Source: Balanoglossus misakiensis (taxonomy: Eukaryota; Animalia; Hemichordata). Taken from it: a stretch of 64,000 nt of DNA. Numbering within the stretch: position 1 is the stretch's first letter; each line of letters starts with the position of its first letter. A model generated the notes under the pieces. The model saw nothing but the letters and a program-made list of their open reading frames with translations. It had not been told where the DNA came from and searched no databases. Position numbers and translations under genes: made by a program. This document shows, piece by piece, positions 55,157-64,000 of this stretch. The stretch spans positions 10,757,337 to 10,821,336 of the forward strand of contig CM082586.2 in assembly GCA_040954595.2 (NCBI GenBank), given 5' to 3'.

Positions 55157-56652
55157 TAGCGTCAAGGACACTGTGGTCCCATTTGAGGACATAGCTCATA
55201 GCAACATAGCAATAAGCATATCTACTCTGGATGCCAAGATATGGAAAAGTAGGTCAAAGGTCACCTGAGGTCATGCAAAATTTGGGCAAGACATTTTGAC
55301 CCTATACTGGTCCATGTTCAACAAAACAAAACCTATAGCCCTATTGGTTAGCCTGGAATTAGGTATGCACATAATTAATGAGATATGCAGGTGTCACAGG
55401 TGACCTTCAATTTTGGCTTTTCAATTTTAGTCCCAACCCTCCAAACGCGAAGTCTGTACCTGCTCTGGATGCCAAGATATGGAAAAGTAGGTCAAAGGTC
55501 ACCTGAGATCATGCAAAATTTGGGCAAGAAATTTTGACCCTATACTGGTCCATGTTCAACAAAAAGCAAACCTATAGCCCTATTGGTTAGCCTGGAATTA
55601 GGTATGCACAAAATTAATGAGATATGCAGGTGTCACAGGTGACCCCCAATTTTGGCTTTTCAATTTTAGTCCCAACCCTCCAAACGCCAAGTCTGTACCT
55701 GCTCTGGATGCCAAGATATGGAAAAGTAGGTCAAAGGTCACCTGAGGTCATGCAAAATTTGGGTAAGAAATTTTGACCCTATACTGGTCCATGCTCAACA
55801 AAAACCAAAAGTATAGCCCTATTGGTTAGCCTGGAATTAGGTATGCACATAATTAATGAGATATGCAGGTGTCACAGGTGACCCATATTTTGGCTTTTCA
55901 ATTTTAGTCCCAACCCTCCAAACGCCAAGTCTGTACCTGCTCTGGATGCCGAGATATAGCAAAGTAGGTCAAAGGTCACCTGAGGTCACCCAAAATTTGG
56001 GCAAGAAATTTTGACCCTATACTGGTCCATGTCCCACAAGAACGAAACCTCTAGCCCTATTAGTTAGCCCGGAATTAGGTATGCACATAATTAATGTGTT
56101 AAGCAGGTGTTACAGGTAAGCCCAAAAATTTGCCTTTTATTTTGGCCCCATTGTGCTCACGGACCAATAGACAGTCACTGTACAGGACTATTGCACAGAC
56201 CAGAATTCCACAATAAGACGTGGACATAGCTTAACCATAGAGGTATAAGTAAAGTTATAAATTTAATAAAAAGACTAAAAAATTCATAAAAAATAAAACA
56301 TCCATGATATTAACTTAACACTTACAGGTCGATGTGAGGTTGACATAAGGTACATGCATACCAATTTTCAAAGCAATCTGACCAGTAGTTGTTGACTTTC
56401 AGAGTTTTGATAAATTTCACATTTTACTGGCTAATTTGCATATTTTTGGGCCTGGCAACTTCGTTTGGACAAACTCCCATCTACAGACCAGCCTGCACCT
56501 ACACACCAAATATTGAGGTGTTACGCGCAGCGGTTTTAAAGTTTTTGATGTGGACGGACATACAGACATACATACATCCATACATACATCCATACAGACG
56601 CAACCCATCCCATAAGGTCCCATGGTATATAGGCCTATACCAATGGGACCTA
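55157..56652 (-). mobile_element. HINE copy 2, four 238-bp internal units
   Basis: Same termini (TAGCGTCAAGGACACTGTGGTCCCATT...AATGGGACCTA), same satellite insertion phase, a handful of substitutions versus copy 1, 477 bp longer owing to two extra units. Confidence 0.82.
55225..56130. repeat. 238-bp internal tandem repeat of HINE copy 2
   Basis: CTCTGGATGCC.AGATAT...AAGTAGGTCAAAGGTCACCTGAG starts at 55225, 55463, 55702 and 55940 (period 238/239/238); in copy 1 at 53132 and 53370; last unit diverged and truncated. Confidence 0.93.
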
Positions 56653-59600
56653 AAAATGACAAATTATCGACTTTGCAAAATCTCACAATTTCGTCGATTT
56701 TTGAAAAAAATCATGGGTGAAAATCATCAAAAAATGACAAATTTTCGACTTTGCAAAATCTCAACATTTCGTCGATTTTTGAAAAAAATCATGGGTGAAA
56801 GTCATCAAAAAATGACAAATTTTCGACTTTGCAAAATCTCAAAATTTCGTCGATTTTGAAAAAAATCATAGGTTCGTCGATTTTAAAAAAAAAACGGGTG
56901 AAAATCATCAAAAAATGACAAATTTTCGACTTTGCAAAATCTCACAATTTCGTCGATTTTTGAAAAAAATCATGGGAGAAAATCATCAAAAAATGACAAA
57001 TTTTAGACTTTGCAAAATCTCAACATTTCGTCGATTTTTGAAAAAAATCATGGGTGAAAATCATCAAAAAATGACAAATTTTCGACTGTGCAAAATCTCA
57101 AAATTTCGTCGATTTTTGAAAAAAAATCATGGTTGAAAATCATCAAAAAATGACAAAATTTTCGACTTTGCAAAATCACACAATTTCGTCGATTTTGAAA
57201 AAAATCATAGGTTCGTCGATTTTTAAAAAAAAACATGGGTGAAAATCATCAAAAAATGACAAAATTTCGACTTTGCAAAATCTTAAAATTTTGTCGATTT
57301 TTTAAAAAAAATCATGGGTGAAAATCATCAAAAAATGACACATTTTCGACTTTGCAAAATCTTAAAATTTCGTCGATTTTTGAGAAAAATCATGGGTGAA
57401 AATCATCAAAAAATGACAAATTTTCGACTTTGCAAAATCTCAAAATTTCGTCGATTTTTGAAAAAAATCATGGGTGAAAATCATCAAAAAATGACAAATT
57501 TTCGACTTTGCAAAATCTCAAAATTTTGTCGATTTTTGAAAAAAATCAAAGGTGAAAATCATCAAAAAATGACAAATTTTCGACTTCGCAAAATCTCAAA
57601 ATTTCGTCAATTTTTGAAAAAATCAGGGGTAAAAATCATCAAAAAATGACAAATTTTCGTCTTTGCTAAATCTCAAAATTTCGTCGGTTTTTGAAAAATA
57701 ATATGGGTGAAAATCATCAAAAAATGACAAATTTTCGACTTTGCAAAATCTCAAAATTTCGTCCATTTTTGAAAAAAAATCATGGGTAAAAATCATCAAA
57801 AAATGACAAATTTTCGTCTTTGCAAAATCTCAAAATTTCGTCCATTTAAAAAAAAAACATGGGGGAAAATCATCAAAAAATGACAAATTTTCGTCTTTGC
57901 AAAATCTCAAAATTTCGTCCATTTAAAAAAAAAACATGGGTGAAAATCATCAAAAAATGACAAATTTTCGACTTTGCAAAATCTCAAAATTTCGTCGATT
58001 TTTGAAAAAAAATCATGGGTGAAAATCATCAAAAAAAGACAAATTTTCGTCTTTGCAAAATCTCAAAATTTCGTCCATTTAAAAAAAAAACATGGGTGAA
58101 AATCATCAAAAAATGACAAATTTTCGACTTTGCAAAATCTCAAAATTTCGTCGATTTTTGAAAAAAAATCATGGGTGAAAATCATCAAAAAAAGACAAAT
58201 TTTCGTCTTTGCAAAATCTCAAAATTTCGTCCATTTTTGAATAAAAATCATGGGTAAAAATCATCAAAAATGACAAATTTTCGTCTTTGCAAAATCTCAA
58301 ATTTTCGTCGATTTTTGAAAAAAAATCATGGTTGAAAATCATCAAAAAATGACAAAATTTTCGACTTTGTAAAATCACAAAATTTCGTCGATTTTGAAAA
58401 AAATCATAGGTTCGTCGATTTTTTAAAAAAAAAACATGGGTGAAAATCATCAAAAAATGACAAATTTTCGACTTTGCAAAATCTCAAAATTTCGTCGATT
58501 TTTGAAAAAAAATCATGGGTGAAAATCATCAAAAAATGACACATTTTCGATTATGCAAAATCTCAAAATTTCGTCGATTTTTGAAAAAAAATCATGGGTA
58601 AAAATCATCAAAAAATGACAAATTTTCGTCTTTGCAAAATCTTAAAATTTCGTCGATTTTTGAAACAAATCATGGGTGAAAATCATCAAAAAATGACACA
58701 TTTTCGACTTTGCAAAATCTAAAAATTTCGTCGATTTTTGAAAAATAATATGAGTGAAAATCATCAAAAAATGGCAAATTTTCGACTTTGCAAAATCTCA
58801 AAATTTCGTCCATTTAAAAAAAAAAACATGGGGGAAAATCATCAAAAAATGACAAATTTTCGACTTTGCAAAATCTCAAAATTTCGTCGATTTTTGAAAA
58901 AAAATCATGGGTGAAAATCATCAAAAAATGACAAATTTTCGTCTTTGCAAAATCTCAAAATTTCGTCCATTTAAAAAAAAAAACATGGGGCAAAATCATC
59001 AAAAAATGACAAATTTTCGACTTTGCAAAATCTCAAAATTTCGTCGATTTTTGAAAAAAAATCATGGGTGAAAATCATCAAAAAATGACAAATTTTCGTC
59101 TTTGCAAAATCTCAAAATTTCGTCCATTTTTGAATAAAAATCATGGGTAAAAATCATCAAAAATGACAAATTTTCGTCTTTGCTATATCTCAAAATTTCG
59201 TCGGTTTTTGAAAAATAATATGGGTGAAAATCATCAAAAAATGACAAATTTTCGACTTTGCAAAATCTTAAAATTTCGTCGATTTTTGAAAAAAATCATG
59301 GGTGAAAATCATCAAAAAATGACAAATTTTCGACTTTGCAAAATCTCAAAATTTCGTCAATATTTGAAAAATTCATGGGTAAAAATCATCAAAAAATGAC
59401 AAATTTTCGTCTTTGCTAAATCTCAAAATTTCGTCGGTTTTTGAAAAATAATATGGGTGAAAATCATCAAAAAATGACAAATTTTCGACTTTGCAAAATC
59501 TCAAAATTTCGTCCATTTTTGAAAAAAAATCATGGGTAAAAATCATCAAAAAATGACAAATTTTCGTCTTTGCAAAATCTCAAAATTTCGTCCATTTTAA

Positions 59601-60276
59601 AAAAAAAACATGGGGGAAAATCATCAAAAAATGACAAATTTTCGACTTTGCAAAATCTCAAAATTTCGTCGATTTTTGAAAAAAAATCATGGGTGAAAAT
59701 CATCAAAAAATGACAAATTTTCGTCTTTGCAAAATCTCAAAATTTCGTCCATTTTTGAATAAAAATCATGGGTAAAAATAATCAAAAATGACAAATTTTC
59801 GTCTTTGCAAAATCTCAAATTTTCGTCGATTTTTGAAAAAAAATCATGGGAGAAAATCATCAAAAAATGACAAATTTTCGACTTTGCAAAATCTCAACAT
59901 TTCGTCGATTTTTGAAAAAAATCATGGGTGAAAATCATCAAAAAATTACAAATTTTCGACTTTGCAAAATCTCAACATTTCGTCGATTTTTGAAAAAAAT
60001 CATGGGTGAAAATCATCAAAAAATGACAAATTTTCGACTTTGCAAAGTCTCAACATTTCGTCGATTTTTGAAAAAATCATGGGTGAAAATCATCAAAAAA
60101 TGACAAAATTTTCGACTTTGCAAAATCTCAAAATTTCGTCGATTTTGAAAAAAATCATAGGTTCGTCGATTTTTTAAAAAAAAACATGGGTGAAAATCAT
60201 CAAAAAATGACAAATTTTTGACTTTGCAAAATCTCACAATTTCGTCGATTTTCGTCCATTTAAAAAAAAAATCATG
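56653..60276 (+). repeat. 78-bp satellite, right block
   Basis: Monomers continue until ...AAAAATCATG, then switch abruptly to non-repeat GC-richer sequence. Confidence 0.95.
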
Positions 60277-60457
60277 TAGGTAACATTGCGATCAACGGCA
60301 TAATGTTACCCAATTAAGCAACTCGAAAAGGGGCGCCCTCAACCTCAAACGAGCCTCAAAAATCCCATAATCCATCACTCACGGCCACTTCAAGGGTTCG
60401 GAGCGTGTCCTGCAGTGCTCGCTCTCTCTGCCTCAATTTCAATTTCTCACCGTTATT

Positions 60458-60879
60458 ATGGAGAACGCTGAACAACAGCTGCTGGATTTGGGAATAGAGC
60501 CCAGTCCAGTCGCCAAAAAGGGACCTGCAACTCGCAGTAAGACTACGACAAGAGCATCGACCGGTCGAAAAGTTCGCGTGGTCCCCCCCACCAAACTTTC
60601 CAAAGTACCAATGGCGTCAGCTCGTTCGAAAGGCGGGAAATGTAGCAAACCTGTCAAGGAAGAAGACACTTCATCTGACGGGGAAGATGTGAGGTCAGAG
60701 AAAGAGAAGTTGCAGGCGGAGATAGCGAGACTGCAGGAGCAATCTGAAGTAGACAATTTAAGAAAACAACTAAAAGAAATGAAACTGGAGAAGGAACGAC
60801 GCAGCCCGCCAGCCGCTTCGAGCGGAAGTCCCAGAAGTCACGACCTGAGTCAACTCACGCTATACCCGATCTCAAGAGG
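60458..60879 (+). pseudogene. Gag-like ORF1 N-terminal part (basic region plus coiled coil), frameshifted from the rest
   Basis: Track ORF 60458-61045 has a basic N-terminus and EKEKLQAEIARLQEQSEVDNLRKQLKEMKLE; the frame of the 713-aa ORF is open from 60748 (…AIPDLKRMAKED), implying a -1 shift around 60790-60860. Confidence 0.6.
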
Positions 60880-63021
60880 ATGGCGAAAGAAGACTCACAA
60901 TTGCAGTGGTCGTTACCATCAGGCAGTCCGTGGCTACCAGCGACAGGGGCCGCTGGCGGCGGTGAAGACCTCCAACCGAACCAACTCCTGGCACAGTCCG
61001 GTTTATACACAGCAGCGCAGAGCAAAGCAGGTAACGTACCAATGAAATCGATGCGGTTCAACACCAGAACCGATCGTGTGCGACAGCACGTCCTATGGCC
61101 GCACATGTTCGTCAGGGCTCGGACATTCTCGGGCGCCCCACCAAAATTCGATGATATGTCAATGGCGGAATTTGTGGAAGGTAATCTCGCGATAGTGCAA
61201 CTTCCTACTTTGAGTGACACAGAGAAACAGCAGCGATTACAACACTTACAGTCGCTTATGAAAGACGCCAATTTGTTCCCCTGGGACGCCATCTTGAAGT
61301 TCGAGGGCGCGCTCCTCTCTGACATGGAGTCAGGACTCAGAACATGGGCAAATGACACCGCAGATCTGAGAGAGCTATATTTGCTGCCGCGTATCGGCAA
61401 GATCAGACGGGATAAAACAGCGGACAAATCCAAAAAGAAGGATCAGATTAATGTATGTTTCAAATACCAAAGTAACAAGTGCGAGAAGGAGGATTGCGCA
61501 TTCAAACACATATGTGAAGCCTGCATGAAGTTGCGTAACAACCTGGCCAAGCATCCCAAGATTGCCTGCCCCTGGAAGGATAAGGCCTTTAGAGAGCAAG
61601 AGAGCAACAAGTTGACCGATAGTTCTGGCAAAGCAGAGGTAGATAAGTCTAAACAAGACTCTCATGACTGTGACAGCAATTTAATTCCTAAATTGAACCA
61701 TAGAGTCAAAAGTGCAGGCACGGAGTGTAATATCAATGACTTTTATACATTGATGGGCATCACAGATCAGGCAGTGCACAAGTGTGATCGCTCTGTACAA
61801 ACTGACATGGAGATTGATATTTCAAGAAGCCTGTCAATGTGCAACCCGGAGGTTTTGCGGGATGCTATTGTTAACCCTAGTAGTATTTCTGAACCAGTGC
61901 TTTCGATTGACGAGCCAGTAACATGTACCATTGCCAATGTTGCCTCTGAACACACAGGTTGTTTTGATACCTCTGTTAGCAGGGATAATGTTGACAAATA
62001 CCTTTGTAAAACTCATACAGTTGATTTGATAGAACCTGATATTGAGACTGATCTTGACAAGCAAATCCCTATTGAATCACTAGCCCATACCGTCGGTGAT
62101 ACCACTGAATTTGCATGTGAGATTAGCGCTCATGGTTCCTCTGACGGTATGATCAGTGATGACCACGATGTCTTTGTTAGTGATATGTTTACTGTGGAAA
62201 ATGTTCCAAATATGGGGCCTCCCAACCCCACCCTTGTTGATCACAGTGTTCCAGACACTTATCCACTGGGCAATGATATGCAGTATTCTGAGTTATCAGA
62301 TACTCCCGTGGGCGGGGATGTCTGTCCCCCGTCGTCATGGCCACAAGCGTCACCCCTTGATTTAACAGAAGTTATAACCGTTCATGACATAGTTGTTGAA
62401 TCAGGTTTACCAAATTCTCAATTTTGCAGAATACCCGTTTCATCAAATCTTCAAATCCCAATTTGGCGAGCCGAATTGCAGCAATATGATGACAAAATCA
62501 TCTGCGATTACCTACAATATGGTTGGCCCGTCTACTATACAGCCTCAGAATTGCCATACTCTACAGTGAAAAACCACCCATCAGCTATAAATTACTCGGC
62601 GCATGTCGACAACTGGATCATTAACGAAGTCGCAGCCGGGGCTACAGCGGGTCCGTTCTTAACTAACCCCCTTGCCACACCACTCAGTACTTCCCCCATT
62701 CAGACTGTCGAAAAAAAAGATAGTGTTAATCGGCGTATAGTCTTTGATCTTAGTTCCCCAATCCACCATTCAGTAAATGACGGTATCCCCAAAGGGGAAT
62801 ATCTTGGGGAGAGTTTTCAGCTTCAATATCCTTCCATTGATGATTTCACTGCAATGATGACCCGTAAGGGCAGGGGATGCCTCCTATTTAAGCGCGATTT
62901 AAGCAGAGCTTATCGGCAAATACCAGTCGATCCAGCGGACTACCATTTGCTGGGCTACACGTGGCGTAATTTATTGTTCTTTGACCTTACATTGCCATTT
63001 GGTTGCGAACCGCAGCGCTAG
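60880..63021 (+). CDS. Gag C-terminal domain with CCCH/CCHC-like zinc fingers fused in frame to reverse transcriptase N-terminal half (ends at a frameshift)
   Basis: LWPHMFV...MSMAEFVEG...RLQHLQSLM....FPWDAILKF...MESGLRTW; CFKYQSNKCEKEDCAFKHICEAC...KHPKIAC; acidic linker; DYLQYGWP, KNHPSA, AGPF, DLSSP, SVNDGI, DLSRAYRQIPVDP, LPFG. Confidence 0.85.
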   Translation: MAKEDSQLQWSLPSGSPWLPATGAAGGGEDLQPNQLLAQSGLYTAAQSKAGNVPMKSMRFNTRTDRVRQHVLWPHMFVRARTFSGAPPKFDDMSMAEFVEGNLAIVQLPTLSDTEKQQRLQHLQSLMKDANLFPWDAILKFEGALLSDMESGLRTWANDTADLRELYLLPRIGKIRRDKTADKSKKKDQINVCFKYQSNKCEKEDCAFKHICEACMKLRNNLAKHPKIACPWKDKAFREQESNKLTDSSGKAEVDKSKQDSHDCDSNLIPKLNHRVKSAGTECNINDFYTLMGITDQAVHKCDRSVQTDMEIDISRSLSMCNPEVLRDAIVNPSSISEPVLSIDEPVTCTIANVASEHTGCFDTSVSRDNVDKYLCKTHTVDLIEPDIETDLDKQIPIESLAHTVGDTTEFACEISAHGSSDGMISDDHDVFVSDMFTVENVPNMGPPNPTLVDHSVPDTYPLGNDMQYSELSDTPVGGDVCPPSSWPQASPLDLTEVITVHDIVVESGLPNSQFCRIPVSSNLQIPIWRAELQQYDDKIICDYLQYGWPVYYTASELPYSTVKNHPSAINYSAHVDNWIINEVAAGATAGPFLTNPLATPLSTSPIQTVEKKDSVNRRIVFDLSSPIHHSVNDGIPKGEYLGESFQLQYPSIDDFTAMMTRKGRGCLLFKRDLSRAYRQIPVDPADYHLLGYTWRNLLFFDLTLPFGCEPQR

Positions 63022-64000
63022 CCTGCCAGCGCACCACTAATGCGGTTTCTATTCCACGAAAGGGTATGACTGTGTTAATTACCTTGACGACTTCGGTGGT
63101 GCAGAGACCTCCAACAAAGCCCACAAGGCATTTGCGGAGCTAGGTGACACGCTGGATAGACTGGGTTTGCAAGAAGCCAAACACAAAGCGGTGCCCCCGT
63201 CATCAATCATGACTTTTCTTGGAATCCAGTTGAACTCCCTTACAATGACTATGGAAGTTACTCCTGACCGGCTTAATGAAATAGAGCAAGAGCTGGGTGT
63301 ATGGGTCACTAAAACAAAAGCAACTAAGCGCGAGCTGCAATCACTCATAGGCAAGCTTTCCTTTATTGCCAAATGTGTCAAGCCTGGTAGGCTATTCCTG
63401 GCGAGAATGCTAGATGTGTTGCGTACCGTCACCCGCAATCACTACCATCTAAACAGTGATTTCAAGGCAGATCTACGGTGGTGGATTAATTTCATTAGGG
63501 TTTATAATGGGGTGTCTCTCATTAAAGAGTCAGGTTGGTGCCCGCCAGATGAAATATTTTCTTCGGATGCATGCCCAACAGGGGGAGGGGGGCTTTGCGA
63601 CAACGAGTATTTCCACGTGGAGTTCCCTGACTTTGTAAAGGTTGGGGACCCTCACATTAATCCCCTCGAATTACTCACTATTACTATAGCGGCAAAAATT
63701 TGGGGTGATAGATGGTCTGGAAAGAAAATACAGGTCTCTTGCGACAACCAGGCAACAGTTTGGGTCATTAATACCGGTAGAGCTAGGGATAAACTAATGC
63801 TGTCTTGCTTGAGGGAATTATGGCTGGTAGCAGCGATTCACGAGTTTGAGCTACGTGCTGTGCACATCGCAGGCACCGAGAACCGGCTGGCTGATGCGCT
63901 CAGTCGCTGGCATCTTGACCCAAGTTATGAGCAACTCTTCAAATCATCTGTTAATATTTCTCAAATGACCGAGCACCCAGTCGCCGAGGATGACATTCGC
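63006..64000 (+). pseudogene. RT catalytic half and RNase H (DIRS-type), separated from the upstream ORF by two frameshifts; open to window end
   Basis: Hand translation: 63006-63050 RTAALACQRTTNAVS; from 63053 STKGYDCVNYLDDFGGAE (YLDD 63080-63091)...MTFLGIQLNS...LQSLIGKLSFIAKCVKPGRLFL...DLRWW...SSDACPTGGGG...HINPLELL...SCDNQATV...HIAGTENRLADALSR; RNase H D/E/D/D residues present. Missing from the ORF track because there is no stop before 64000. Confidence 0.88.

Larger units (their letters stand above)
60277..64000 (+). mobile_element. DIRS-order (tyrosine-recombinase-type) retrotransposon, most similar to Ngaro; runs off the window
   Basis: Gag-like region with CCCH finger, RT with RRIVFDLSSP...SVNDGI, KRDLSRAYRQIP, LPFG(L)RTA and YLDDF, followed directly by DIRS-type RNase H; no aspartic protease motif noticed before RT. 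The recombinase ORF is expected beyond 64000 and is not seen. Start is uncertain by a few bp. Confidence 0.88.

Noticed and set aside
53819-56859. Two 156-aa ORFs (53819-54289, 56389-56859) and antisense 56417-56686
   Set aside because: Chance frames running through microsatellite, hairpin and satellite; non-ATG starts for the 156-aa pair and no domain.
576-60237. Well over a hundred short K/F-rich ORFs (MGENHQKMTNFRLCKISKFRRFLKKI and antisense versions)
   Set aside because: They are translations of the 78-bp (26-codon) satellite, broken at random by homopolymer indels; no sign of frame conservation.
5948-60276. CENP-B box in the monomer
   Set aside because: TTCG is present but the required A and CGGG positions (NTTCGNNNNANNCGGGN) are not matched in the consensus.
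60439-63638. Antisense and alternate-frame ORFs over the retroelement
   Set aside because: Shadows of the sense coding frames with no recognisable motifs.
62380-64000. Prokaryotic RT system (retron, DGR, group II intron) or Gypsy LTR element
   Set aside because: RT motifs, attached DIRS-type RNase H, Gag zinc fingers and lack of an evident protease fit DIRS-order retrotransposons.

Overview
Eukaryotic (probably invertebrate animal) heterochromatin-like DNA with no recognisable host gene. About 60 kb (~55-60276) is one AT-rich satellite array with a 78-bp monomer (ATCATGGGTGAAAATCATCAAAAAATGACAAATTTTCGACTTTGCAAAATCTCAAAATTTCGTCGATTTTTGAAAAAA) plus a ~28-bp short unit. The array switches orientation at a spacer-less palindrome centred at 5947/5948 and shows kb-scale higher-order duplications up to 11.5 kb. 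Three kinds of mobile element interrupt or end it. (1) A 3.1-kb non-autonomous DNA transposon (1870-5014; TAG...CTA ends, 3-bp TSD AGT, long repeat-built TIRs, Cys-rich CXC remnant; AcademX-like). (2) Two copies of a Helentron-associated non-autonomous element (HINE, DINE-1/pearl-like; 53064-54082 and 55157-56652) carrying 2 versus 4 copies of a 238-bp internal repeat. (3) A frameshifted DIRS-order retrotransposon, most like Ngaro (60277 to window end; Gag-CCCH, RT with YLDD, RNase H). Almost all ORFs in the supplied track are artefacts of the 78-bp (26-codon) repeat. I found no clearly new gene system; the best leads are structural. Family assignments rest on remembered motifs and architecture, not database searches.
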